Shown here piece after piece: positions 40,532 through 49,870 of a stretch of 64,000 nt of DNA (the first letter of the stretch is position 1; each line of letters opens with the position of its first letter). A program made the position numbers and the translations under genes. The DNA comes from Sulfuritalea sp. Its GTDB lineage: Bacteria > Pseudomonadota > Gammaproteobacteria > Burkholderiales > Rhodocyclaceae. The notes beneath the pieces are model-generated. The model did not search any database, was not told where the DNA came from, and was given only the letters and a program-made list of their open reading frames with translations. Location: contig JADYZH010000094.1 of the NCBI GenBank assembly GCA_020853215.1, positions 10,976-74,975 on the forward strand, given 5' to 3'.

Positions 40532-43405
40532 CTACCTGCGAGCGATGCCCAGGATCATCCATTGGCCACAAAGGACCATTAAAAGCACGATTATCGCCCC
40601 CAGCGCAACGGCCGGGTTCTTGAAATGAATAGCCAGGGTCGAAGCTCCGAGCACAAACCAGGTAGCCGCAATACCGAGCAATTCCGCGAACCCCAGGTGC
40701 GACTGAGCGCGAGTAGCCCCCATGATCACCAGCGTGGTCAACAAAGCGGAAACAACCCACGATGCCGCCAAGCCCAGCAAGCCCCAGATAGGCAGCCACG
40801 CGTAATTCAACGCCACGTTCGCCACCAGTCCAACAAAAGTTGCGGCCACCGCCTTGAGGGACTCTTCTGAAACGGCGGCGAGCTTGATCAACAGCAGCGA
40901 CGAAATCACGAATGGCAACTGCAGGGCGCCAAGCTTGATAACGCCTGTCAGCTGGATGATCCGCATTTCCTCTCCCACAGCCGGCAGGGCCGCAACAACA
41001 ATCGGCTCGGCAAAGCCGAAAATGATCACCGCGGACAGAGTGCCGCCCCAACTGCCGACAATCAGCGCGATATAAACGTCATTGCGGATCCTCGAGTGCA
41101 TTCCGGCAGCAACCAACTTGCTCAGGTATGGGACCAGCACCGCCGTCATCAGAGCGACACTGAACCCGGTCGCCAATTGCACCAGTTTGCTGCCGATCGC
41201 CCAGGTAGACACCGAACCGGGGCCAAGCTGCCCGGCAAACCAGAAATTGACGGGGATGACCAGACTGGTCAGCAATGCAGCAAAAATCAGCCAGACATAG
41301 TTTGCCAGCATGTCTCTCATTTGAATGAGGACGCCGGAAGTTCCCGGCAGGAGCCGGTAGCCATGGCGATGGGCCATCAGGTACAAAATCGCCAAATTCG
41401 CAAACTGGCCGACCACCATGCCGACGGTTGCCGCCTTGATCAACTGATCGTCGTTCGCAAAAAGAATTGCGCCGACCGCTGCCAGCGGCACGACAAGCTG
41501 GGCAGCAGCAGCCGTTGCCGGCCGGCCCAGCGAGTTCATCAGGCTGTTGCCCGCCACGACGACTCCTGAAAAGAAAAACAGGAGCAGCGCGATCGGCAAC
41601 AGCATGACTGCTTGGTCAATCTCGCCACTGGCAACAAATATGTGAAAAATTGGTTCGGCACCAAAAAACAGGAGCAGGCCAAGCAGGCCGAAAACAATCA
41701 GCGTCCACCCCGACAGGGCTCCAAGCAGGGACTGAATTCCGGCATGGTCTTTCATCCGATGAATCGCCGTGGTCAGCGCATCGCCCATGGGAAGCGCCAG
41801 AACACTGACAAAAAACATGGGCACCATCATGGCCAAATAAAAACTGTCAAGGCTTGCGCCGAAACCGCTGCGGTTTATAAGTAGCAGGTCGCGGACTAGC
41901 AGTCCGAGATAGCTGACCACGGAAATCAGGATAACGACGGCACCGGCGCCAAGGGCAGTCTTTCCACTGAACTTCGAAGAAAGTTCCGATGGGCTCTCGC
42001 TCGAAGTCACTGCATGCGAATCATCGACATCCATGGCAGTGCCGGAGCCGAGCATGTCGATACCTTTCCCCAGGAGCCAGACCCAGCCCCCTGCTCCCGC
42101 CAGCATGAAGACAAAAAGCGGTCCATACCGAATTCGATGCAATGTGCCGACGTTGGGGCTGGTATAGCTGAGAACGGTGAGCACTACGGCCGAAACGACC
42201 AGGCAGGCGAACAAACCAATGCTTGGTCGCCGAATGGCCAGAATCAGGACCCCCGATGCCATCAGGTAAAACACCAGGGTCTCGATCGCCCCGATCACGC
42301 GCGGCAGGGTCGGGCGGTCCGCCCATGTATCCGGGAAAGGTGAAAACAATCCGACGAAGAGCGCGCGGGGTAAATAGGCTGCCATCGCCAGGGCATTGTT
42401 GGGGGCAATATCACCATCCACGATTGAACCCGCGCCGACGGCCTTGCCGGACTCGATAAAGTACACGCGAATGAGCGAAACCTTCTGCAGGGTGCGGTCA
42501 ACGGCAGCCGGAACCACGGCGGAATTTTCCCAGTGCCAGTCGACGGTAGGCGCCGGCAGAGCATCGTAGCTCTCGGTGTTTGTTGTCGGGACCAGCCAGG
42601 CTGCAACCACGGCCACCGTCAACATCACCGCCGCATGGCGAACGGCAGAAACATTCTCCGGTGTCGGGCGGATCAATCGCCAGGAACCCAAGCCCAGCCA
42701 GAAGCAGCCGAAAGCCAGCACATAGACAATTAGCATATGCGGCCGCATGATCGCCACCAGCGCCAGACCCAGAACCATCAAGGCCACGTCACTCGCGATT
42801 TGACGCAATGCAATGCGGTTCAACGCCAGGACAAAAGCGAGCAGTGCCAACAAGTACCCTGCAATCAGAAAGGCATCTTTATGGTTTTGGCCATACCAGA
42901 CCAAGGCAGAGGGAAAAACCAGGAACAGCAAGGCCGCCGTCAGGCCGGCTATCAAACCGCGATTCCCCGGCAAGAACAGCAATCCCAAGCGGAAGATCAG
43001 CAATGCACCGAGGGCGTGAAAGGCGGCATTAAGCGGCACGAACCACGCCGGGTCGGGGCCGAGCACGGCATAAATCGCGGCAAGTATTCCTACATTTCCC
43101 GTAATGCCGGGCGACGGGAACAAACGCCACTCCGACCAGCCCGACGCATGAATGCGCTCAGCCATGGCGACCGCCATGTCGTGAAAGACAATCGCATCCT
43201 GATTCATCAAACCATGTCCGGCATGCAGTTGGGGCATGATCGGCAAAACCAGCTTTTGCAGCACCAGTGCGACCACGAAGGCATAGGCAAACGCAAACGC
43301 CCACAACCCCCGAAGCGGGGGGGGGGGCGCCCCGTAGCCTTGGGCGGAGTCAGGGGGACGTAACTGCGGCACAGCAGAACTATCTTTCGTCAAGGCTTGG
43401 CTCAT
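40532..43405 (-). CDS. 957-aa polytopic membrane protein: N-terminal GT-C/Wzy-like domain fused to C-terminal MurJ/MviN-like flippase
   Basis: N-half has a loop Asp (NQDAIVF), PSALVWYGQNHKD and NVGTLHRIRY. A polar linker follows, then LGLLVRDLLL...G..LDSFYLAMMVP (MurJ TM1-2 pattern) and many TMs. Confidence 0.8.
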   Translation of the reverse strand: MSQALTKDSSAVPQLRPPDSAQGYGAPPPPLRGLWAFAFAYAFVVALVLQKLVLPIMPQLHAGHGLMNQDAIVFHDMAVAMAERIHASGWSEWRLFPSPGITGNVGILAAIYAVLGPDPAWFVPLNAAFHALGALLIFRLGLLFLPGNRGLIAGLTAALLFLVFPSALVWYGQNHKDAFLIAGYLLALLAFVLALNRIALRQIASDVALMVLGLALVAIMRPHMLIVYVLAFGCFWLGLGSWRLIRPTPENVSAVRHAAVMLTVAVVAAWLVPTTNTESYDALPAPTVDWHWENSAVVPAAVDRTLQKVSLIRVYFIESGKAVGAGSIVDGDIAPNNALAMAAYLPRALFVGLFSPFPDTWADRPTLPRVIGAIETLVFYLMASGVLILAIRRPSIGLFACLVVSAVVLTVLSYTSPNVGTLHRIRYGPLFVFMLAGAGGWVWLLGKGIDMLGSGTAMDVDDSHAVTSSESPSELSSKFSGKTALGAGAVVILISVVSYLGLLVRDLLLINRSGFGASLDSFYLAMMVPMFFVSVLALPMGDALTTAIHRMKDHAGIQSLLGALSGWTLIVFGLLGLLLFFGAEPIFHIFVASGEIDQAVMLLPIALLLFFFSGVVVAGNSLMNSLGRPATAAAAQLVVPLAAVGAILFANDDQLIKAATVGMVVGQFANLAILYLMAHRHGYRLLPGTSGVLIQMRDMLANYVWLIFAALLTSLVIPVNFWFAGQLGPGSVSTWAIGSKLVQLATGFSVALMTAVLVPYLSKLVAAGMHSRIRNDVYIALIVGSWGGTLSAVIIFGFAEPIVVAALPAVGEEMRIIQLTGVIKLGALQLPFVISSLLLIKLAAVSEESLKAVAATFVGLVANVALNYAWLPIWGLLGLAASWVVSALLTTLVIMGATRAQSHLGFAELLGIAATWFVLGASTLAIHFKNPAVALGAIIVLLMVLCGQWMILGIARR
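43317..43327. repeat. G11 homopolymer (C11 on the coding strand) near the 5' end of the fusion gene
   Basis: cgaagc-ggggggggggg-cgc; encodes the A-P-P-P-P region. Confidence 0.9.
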
Positions 43406-44028
43406 GACACCCTGGCAGGCACGCCGAAGATCGTGGCCTCGTCAGGCACATCCGACATGACAAGGGCGCCGGCACCCACCGTCGCGCCAGCGCCGACTTT
43501 TACCCCGGGAAGAATCACAGCGCCGGCGCCAACCAGGGTGCCCGCACCTATCCGCACGCCGCCGCACAGGGTCACGCGCGGTGCGATATGCGTACCATCA
43601 CCCACCCGGCAATCGTGCTCGATGATCGCGCCGGTGTTGATGATGACATTCGTCCCAATTCGTGCGTCCGCATTGACGACACACCCCGGCATTACCAGGG
43701 TACCGGCGCCCAGCGCCGCGCTGCGGGCAACCGTTGCCGCAGGATGAACGACCCTGGCGAGGACCAGGCCGCAACCCGTTGCCATGTTGGCAATGCGCTG
43801 CCGCACCTCGTTGCGACCGATGGCGACGAACGCATGCGCCACCCCGCACGCAGGCGCGGCGAACCCCTCTGCTTCGCTCCGCACCCGATACCCCTGCAGC
43901 GTCGTGCCATGGAGCCCGGCATCGGCATCGGCAACGAAGGCGATTACGTGGCGGCCCTCCAGTTCGATGGCATCAACGACCACCTTGGCGTGGCCGCCGG
44001 CGCCGAAGATGACGATCTGCTCAGGCAT
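43402..44028 (-). CDS. PglD/NeuD-family sugar acetyltransferase
   Basis: IFGAGGHAKVV, VAIG.N..R, HP.A, IEHDC, hexapeptide repeats. Confidence 0.92.
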   Translation of the reverse strand: MPEQIVIFGAGGHAKVVVDAIELEGRHVIAFVADADAGLHGTTLQGYRVRSEAEGFAAPACGVAHAFVAIGRNEVRQRIANMATGCGLVLARVVHPAATVARSAALGAGTLVMPGCVVNADARIGTNVIINTGAIIEHDCRVGDGTHIAPRVTLCGGVRIGAGTLVGAGAVILPGVKVGAGATVGAGALVMSDVPDEATIFGVPARVS

Positions 44029-44671
44029 CGTGCGCCACTCCAGTCCGGGTTCCGGTGAATTTGCTCATCGTCGCCGCGCCCGGCTGGTTGACGTCGCCAG
44101 GGCGCAGCACGCGCAGGACTGTCTGCGCCAGGATGCGCAAATCAAGCAGCAGGGTCTGGTGGTCCACGTACCAGACATCAAGAGCGAACTTCTGCTCCCA
44201 GGAAATCGCGTTGCGCCCATTGACCTGAGCCCAACCGGTGATACCCGGTCGTACATGGTGGCGACGCGCCTGCTCCGGAGTATAGAGTGGCAAATATTCC
44301 ATCAGCAGCGGGCGCGGCCCGACCAGACTCATGTCGCCACGCAGGACGTTGAACAACTGCGGCAACTCGTCCAGGCTGGTGGCACGCAGGCGGCGTCCAA
44401 ATACGGTCAGACGCGATTCGTCGGGCAACAGCCGGCCATTATCATCGGTCGCCTCGGTCATGGTACGGAACTTGAAGAACGTGAACGGCCGGCCATGCCA
44501 GCCGGGGCGCACTTGGCGCAGCAGCACGGGGCTGCCCAGCGCCAACCTTACGGCAAGCGCGACAACGGCCAACACGGGCAACAACAAGCCCACCAGGGTA
44601 AGGGCAACCATGATGTCAAATAAGCGCTTCAAGGGAAAACACGGCGATTCATGAAGCAAGAATTTTCGCAT
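44021..44671 (-). CDS. Undecaprenyl-phosphate sugar phosphotransferase (PglC-like)
   Basis: KRLFDI, KFRTM, SLDELPQL.NVL.GDMSLVGPRP, PGITGWAQVNGRN; start uncertain. Confidence 0.93.
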   Translation of the reverse strand: MRKFLLHESPCFPLKRLFDIMVALTLVGLLLPVLAVVALAVRLALGSPVLLRQVRPGWHGRPFTFFKFRTMTEATDDNGRLLPDESRLTVFGRRLRATSLDELPQLFNVLRGDMSLVGPRPLLMEYLPLYTPEQARRHHVRPGITGWAQVNGRNAISWEQKFALDVWYVDHQTLLLDLRILAQTVLRVLRPGDVNQPGAATMSKFTGTRTGVAHDA

Positions 44672-45800
44672 AAAAGACCATCAGGCCTTGCGAAGACGCC
44701 GCCTGAGAGAAGTCGGTCTGCGCCCGTAATCGCGCTCGCTCACCCATCGCCTTGCAGCGATCCGGAGCGGAAAGCAATTCGGTCAGTTTTTCGGCGATGG
44801 CCGCCACGTCGCCCGGCGGATGCAGAAGCCCCGTCTGACCATCGACGACGGCATCCGTGACCCCATAAATCCGCGATGCAACCGCAGGTAAGCCAGCCGC
44901 GGCAGCCTCGATGACGACCATGCCGAAACCTTCACGATAGCTGGGCAGGCAGAAAACATCGGCGGCCGCCATGAAACGTTCCGGTTGATGCGTGAAATCA
45001 ATCAAGTGCACCCGGTCTCTCACCGCGGCGCAGACGTTGTCAATGGCACTTGCCATTCCTTCCTCGTCAGGACCGACGAGCAACAGCTGCGCCTCGGGAA
45101 AGCGCGAGGCAACGCGGACGAAGGCGGCCGCAAGGTCAAGCACGCCCTTGTCACGATTGAGACGCCCGAGAAACAGCAGCACCGGAACTGATGGCGCAAT
45201 GCCCAAGTCAACTCGCAAGACATTTCGTGCCGCTTCATCCGGCCGAAACCGGACGCTATCGACGCCACAGATCGAACCTTTACCTATGACTGCGGACTTG
45301 TCGGCCGCAAGCACGCGTTCGGCCAGCAGAAAGTCGCGTTGCGAAGGGCTATCCACCAGTGCCCGCGTCGTCAATGCAGCGAGCCCACGGTCGGCCAGCT
45401 TGAGCAACCGGCGCCGCCAACCGCAACGCGTCACCCAGACCTGGCCGGTGAAAGTATGTACACGATGCGGAACGCCGGCAATTCTGGCGGAAAGCATCGC
45501 CAGCAATCCCGCCTTGGGCGACACCGAATGGACGATGGTGAAGCGCTCGGCACGAAACAGCCGCGCCAATGCAAGCAGGGCCGACAGGTCGCGCCACGCG
45601 GAAATCCTGCGCACGATGCCAACCGGGTGCAGCGTAGCCACCAATCCGAGGCGATGCAGAAACTCGCCGTCATCGGTGTTCGCCACGACGGACACGTCGT
45701 AGCATTCGGCCGCAGCGGCAATATGGTCCTTGAGAAACGCCTGCACGGTCATCGCACTGGAGACAACATAGCAAAGTCGGGGCCGTGGGCTGGAGCTCAT
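44649..45800 (-). CDS. GT4 glycosyltransferase
   Basis: HSVSPKAGLL, GRLNRDKG, PSYREGFGMVVIEA. Confidence 0.92.
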   Translation of the reverse strand: MSSSPRPRLCYVVSSAMTVQAFLKDHIAAAAECYDVSVVANTDDGEFLHRLGLVATLHPVGIVRRISAWRDLSALLALARLFRAERFTIVHSVSPKAGLLAMLSARIAGVPHRVHTFTGQVWVTRCGWRRRLLKLADRGLAALTTRALVDSPSQRDFLLAERVLAADKSAVIGKGSICGVDSVRFRPDEAARNVLRVDLGIAPSVPVLLFLGRLNRDKGVLDLAAAFVRVASRFPEAQLLLVGPDEEGMASAIDNVCAAVRDRVHLIDFTHQPERFMAAADVFCLPSYREGFGMVVIEAAAAGLPAVASRIYGVTDAVVDGQTGLLHPPGDVAAIAEKLTELLSAPDRCKAMGERARLRAQTDFSQAASSQGLMVFYAKILAS

Positions 45801-46429
45801 GACGCCGGGGAGGTAAACCGATTTCCCAATCCGTAGAACAACAGCTTGGCCACTTCGAGCAATACATCGCGGGCGGCATCCTGGGATGACCACCAGCGTT
45901 CGGGAAAGGCCTCATAGGGGGTGGCGACGACATTCAGTCGAGCATTGGGCAGGGCAGACGCAAGAATCATCCTGGCGCGGCGAACATGGTAGGGCGAGGT
46001 AACGACCAGGAGGCGTATCGGCCTGTCTGCATACAGAACTCGGAGCACCTTGCCTTCCTCATAGGTACTGAGGGAAGCGGTTCCGAACACCGCAATCCGG
46101 TCGCGCGGCACCCCGACTCGCTCCAGGACCCGGATGTCGATTTCTTCGCCGCGAGGCAGAACGATGCCGAGTTCATCGAGCGAACGCTCACGGGCGCCGC
46201 GTGCGGCTCGGCTGACCAGCACCTGCGGTGCATACCCCTGCCGAAAGAGGTCCCCTGCGTGCCTTGCCCGCCGGGCATCGCCGGCCAATACCACAATGAC
46301 GTCGGCTCGCGCAGGTACACCGGCATCGGAAAGCCAGCGTGCGGCGTAAGCCAGTAGAATAACGACAAGTCCGAGAACGATGAAAGTCCCGATGAACAGC
46401 CCTAGGAGCGCGCGGCGCCAACAATTCAT
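45797..46429 (-). CDS. YdcF/ElyC (DUF218) family protein
   Basis: N-terminal TM, ADVIVVLAG, STYEE, LLVVTSPYHVRRA. Confidence 0.88.
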   Translation of the reverse strand: MNCWRRALLGLFIGTFIVLGLVVILLAYAARWLSDAGVPARADVIVVLAGDARRARHAGDLFRQGYAPQVLVSRAARGARERSLDELGIVLPRGEEIDIRVLERVGVPRDRIAVFGTASLSTYEEGKVLRVLYADRPIRLLVVTSPYHVRRARMILASALPNARLNVVATPYEAFPERWWSSQDAARDVLLEVAKLLFYGLGNRFTSPAS

Positions 46430-46487
46430 GCCAGCCCTGTGACGTCTGCCAAAGGCGAAAGCCGGGTACGAAAACTGCCGAAAATCC

Positions 46488-47387
46488 TCATAGGGCAGGT
46501 GGTGGGGCAGATACTTCCGACACGGATTTTCGGACAGCGCACCACCGTGACTGGTCGTCGGAGTTTATAGGCGAGTATTCATGAAAACGAATACCCGGTC
46601 GGCCAAGATATTGCATGGCAGCGCTCAGTGTATCGGTTGCAATGCGCTCGCAGTAGGCCAGCAAAGAGCACAGCATAGAGCCGATTTGGCGGTCTCGCCA
46701 GAAATGGCTTAGCTGCTCGCCCAGCAGAGTACTTCGGGTTCTGGTCAACTTAAGCCAGTTGATTCGGTCGCGTATCCGATAAGCGAACAGTGTTTCTGGC
46801 AAGGTTGCAAATCGGCTTACCTGAAAGGTGCGCAGAATCAGTTCCTGATCTTCGCAGAAGTATGGTCCAGGACTGGCATAACCATGGCGGCGGAACCATC
46901 CGGTCCGTCCCATCCATGTCGGATGCGGGAGGTAAAAACCCAGCCAAGGCCTTGCACAGATCTCCTCATGACCTAGAGCGCGTGGCAAAGCTCCAATCAA
47001 TTCGTCGTTCGTATTGATCGTTACACAGCATACCGCACAAAGGTCGATTTCCGGATGTTGCTCCAGCATATTCACTTGGCGCTCAAAGCGTTCCGGATAA
47101 GAAACGTCATCCTGATCCATACGGGCAAAGTACTTACCACGGGAACGATCAACAGCTTCGTTCAGCCTGGCAGCAAGCCCTTTGTTCTCGCCATCACGAA
47201 CAATAATGATTCGCGACTCAGTGATGTCTGCTAGCAAATCGACCGCACCATCGGTCGATCCATCGTCGATGATCAGCAGTTCCCAATCGGTGAATGACTG
47301 TCGGATGATGGATAACACTGCCGCACGCAAGTATCTGCCGGCATTGAACACGGGCATCGCGACTGTCACCAAGGGCTTTTCAGTCAT
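46488..47387 (-). CDS. GT2 glycosyltransferase
   Basis: PLVTVAMPVFN, IIDDGSTD, ARMDQDD, EDQEL. Confidence 0.92.
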   Translation of the reverse strand: MTEKPLVTVAMPVFNAGRYLRAAVLSIIRQSFTDWELLIIDDGSTDGAVDLLADITESRIIIVRDGENKGLAARLNEAVDRSRGKYFARMDQDDVSYPERFERQVNMLEQHPEIDLCAVCCVTINTNDELIGALPRALGHEEICARPWLGFYLPHPTWMGRTGWFRRHGYASPGPYFCEDQELILRTFQVSRFATLPETLFAYRIRDRINWLKLTRTRSTLLGEQLSHFWRDRQIGSMLCSLLAYCERIATDTLSAAMQYLGRPGIRFHEYSPINSDDQSRWCAVRKSVSEVSAPPPAL

Positions 47388-48327
47388 GATGATGCCCAAT
47401 CAGCCAATCACGCGTTCGCAACAGCCCTTCCTCGAATCCGACAACCGGCTTCCAGCCGGTATGCCCGACCAGTCTGCCGCTATCCAGCACATTGGCACGC
47501 ACATCGAAGGGGCGCTCGGACTCATGCACCGTGCGCACGACGCGTCCCATTTCCTGAAGCAGCGGCACCATCGCCTCGACCACATCCAGGTTACTGCGTC
47601 CAATACCCGAGCCGAGATTGTAGATGCTGCCCGTCTCGCCCCGATCGAGCGCGGCCATGATTCCCGACGCAATGTCATGCACATGGATGTAATCCCGGAT
47701 CGCACCACTCGTACCAAAAATTCGGACCGGATCGTTACGCAACGCAGACGCCATGGCCGTGGCGATGAAACCCTGCCCCGTAAATGGCCGCTGGCCCTCG
47801 CCATATGCGTTAGCAGGGCGCAAACAAACAACGTCCAGGCCGCGCGTGACGGCGTATAGATGCGCATACTTCTCCAGCGTCAGCTTGGTCACGCCATAGG
47901 GCGAAATCGGGTGGGTCGCGTGATCTTCGGTAATCGGCAGTATGGCAGCTTCACCGTACACCGTGCCGCCCGACGACACGTGGACCAGGCGCAGGCCGAA
48001 TTCGGCAGCCAAAGCGAACAGTTGCACGGTCGACGGCAGGTTTTCGAGCAGATCCCCGAGCGGGTTGTCGTAAGACGTCTTCGGTACCGTTGCATAGGCA
48101 AGGTGCACAACCTCCGGATGAGCAACAAGCAGGGGTCGAATCACCTCGGCACAACCAAAATCCCCTGCGACATACTCCGCTTGGACGTGAAGCGTCGGGC
48201 GTGGTGCAGCACTGCGGCCAAGCACGGTGACACGCCGGCCGCTGGAAATCAGCATCGCCACCAGGCACGCGCCGATGAAGCCGCCTCCACCGATAACCAG
48301 CGTCGCACAGCTCACAACGTCACCCAT
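47380..48327 (-). CDS. NAD-dependent epimerase/dehydratase
   Basis: GGGGFIG, SSGGTVYG, YGVTK, RDYIHV; alternative GTG start at 48315. Confidence 0.92.
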   Translation of the reverse strand: MGDVVSCATLVIGGGGFIGACLVAMLISSGRRVTVLGRSAAPRPTLHVQAEYVAGDFGCAEVIRPLLVAHPEVVHLAYATVPKTSYDNPLGDLLENLPSTVQLFALAAEFGLRLVHVSSGGTVYGEAAILPITEDHATHPISPYGVTKLTLEKYAHLYAVTRGLDVVCLRPANAYGEGQRPFTGQGFIATAMASALRNDPVRIFGTSGAIRDYIHVHDIASGIMAALDRGETGSIYNLGSGIGRSNLDVVEAMVPLLQEMGRVVRTVHESERPFDVRANVLDSGRLVGHTGWKPVVGFEEGLLRTRDWLIGHHHD

Positions 48328-49193
48328 CCCTGCGGAAAGAGGTCATCCACCCGTCGTTCACCTCCAGAAAACCAGCACGCAGGTGCCAACACGACCTTAT
48401 TCTCCCGTGGATTCAACCAGGCGCCCCACCAACTGAAAGAGCTGTTAGCCAGGATGTGGTGCCTACACAGGCTCATCAGGCGCATGTCGTTGTAGCTTTC
48501 CGTCCCCCGGTTGTGGTCGATGTAATGACAGCTAACACCGATATTCAGGTTATCGCGAGCCCAGACGATGTCATCAGAGAAAACGAAAAACTCAGGGTTC
48601 TGGACACGTTCGGCGACATAGCGCATGGCTGCATGATAGTAGTCGCTGGAACAAGGTCCGAGAACAGCTCGCGTTCTCGAATCTGATACGTAATCTCCAC
48701 GGCGCACATGCAGACTTACTGCCATGCAGCGGTCGATCCGTTCGGCCAATGCGGCATTGACTTCCGACATCGGTTGTCGAAAGCCAAAGTCGGCGCGAAG
48801 GGCGACAGCCGTGTTGGCAAAATACTTCTCCGACTGCCAGTAACCCTGCAGATAGGCCGTTGCGGGTACGTCGCAGACGCCTCGCCAATAATGGAAATGG
48901 GGCTCGACGATGAATGTCGGTCCACGCAACGCAGTAAAACCAGGCCGTGCCAGAAGGCGCCTCACTGCGGGCGCCGCACGCCAGCCGAGAATCGTGCGCA
49001 ACTCGTCGTCGGAGGCAATCGGCGTCTCGCAGGTGAATACCCGCAGCAATTCGAAACCCTGGTGCAGGCCATAGCCGTCAAAACCCGAAATGTCCAGGCG
49101 TAATGACTGCCCGCGGGCTCGCGCCAGTGCCTGCCCGACTGCATACTGGAACATCTGGTTGCCGAGTCCGCCGATAAGGTTGACGATGATCAT
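48312..49193 (-). CDS. Alpha-1,2-fucosyltransferase (GT11)
   Basis: GGLGNQMFQYA, GYWQSEKYF, HVRRGDY, FSDD, NSSFSWWGAWL. Confidence 0.94.
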   Translation of the reverse strand: MIIVNLIGGLGNQMFQYAVGQALARARGQSLRLDISGFDGYGLHQGFELLRVFTCETPIASDDELRTILGWRAAPAVRRLLARPGFTALRGPTFIVEPHFHYWRGVCDVPATAYLQGYWQSEKYFANTAVALRADFGFRQPMSEVNAALAERIDRCMAVSLHVRRGDYVSDSRTRAVLGPCSSDYYHAAMRYVAERVQNPEFFVFSDDIVWARDNLNIGVSCHYIDHNRGTESYNDMRLMSLCRHHILANSSFSWWGAWLNPRENKVVLAPACWFSGGERRVDDLFPQGWVTL

Positions 49194-49213
49194 GTACTTG
49201 CAAAGATGAGGGC

Positions 49214-49846
49214 TCAGGCAGTACGGGCAACAGTTATGGTGTCATTTTCGATCCAAGTTAGGCAGTCCCGGTCGATTGAGTCGACGAAATCCCTCAGCAT
49301 GCGAAACGTCGGGTAGCCATCGGTGCCATTAAAGAGGCGTGCATCGTCAATCACGATCACATGGTTTCTGACGGGATGGTTGAGAATGTGCCTAATCTCG
49401 TCGAAGATTGGAGTCATCTCCGCGCCGTGGGCCGTAATGCCGCCCGAATAGTGTGCATCAAGCCAGAACAGGCAGGGTTTGTCCAACTCCTGCAGGACGT
49501 CGGCAATCTTCCGCCCGCTGTCGCCGTGCAGGATGCGGATATGCGAATAGGGCTTGAAGCGCCGCGATGCGCGCTCAAACAAATAGTCGTCCAGCTCAAT
49601 GGAAAACAGTTGCCTGAAGCTGTTCCTCTGGGCATAGGTCATGTCCCCGAACAACGTGCCCGTCTCGACGAAGACCTCTGGCCGGAAGTCGCGCACACGA
49701 CTTGCAATCAGGCGGCGCTTGAGCAGATGAGGTGCCCGATCGAGCCGGCCTGTCACCCATTTCAGCCATTCGATGCGATAGTGCAGCCAGTTATACAGAT
49801 CGTATGCGGCGGTGCTTCTGATCAAAGATTTCAGCTTTGACATCAT
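49214..49846 (-). CDS. Putative SAM-dependent methyltransferase-like protein
   Basis: FVETGT..G, SIEL, GDS, FWLDAHYSG, IDDAR. Confidence 0.8.
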   Translation of the reverse strand: MMSKLKSLIRSTAAYDLYNWLHYRIEWLKWVTGRLDRAPHLLKRRLIASRVRDFRPEVFVETGTLFGDMTYAQRNSFRQLFSIELDDYLFERASRRFKPYSHIRILHGDSGRKIADVLQELDKPCLFWLDAHYSGGITAHGAEMTPIFDEIRHILNHPVRNHVIVIDDARLFNGTDGYPTFRMLRDFVDSIDRDCLTWIENDTITVARTA

Positions 49847-49870
49847 GCGAGTATTTGTTTGACGAATGGA

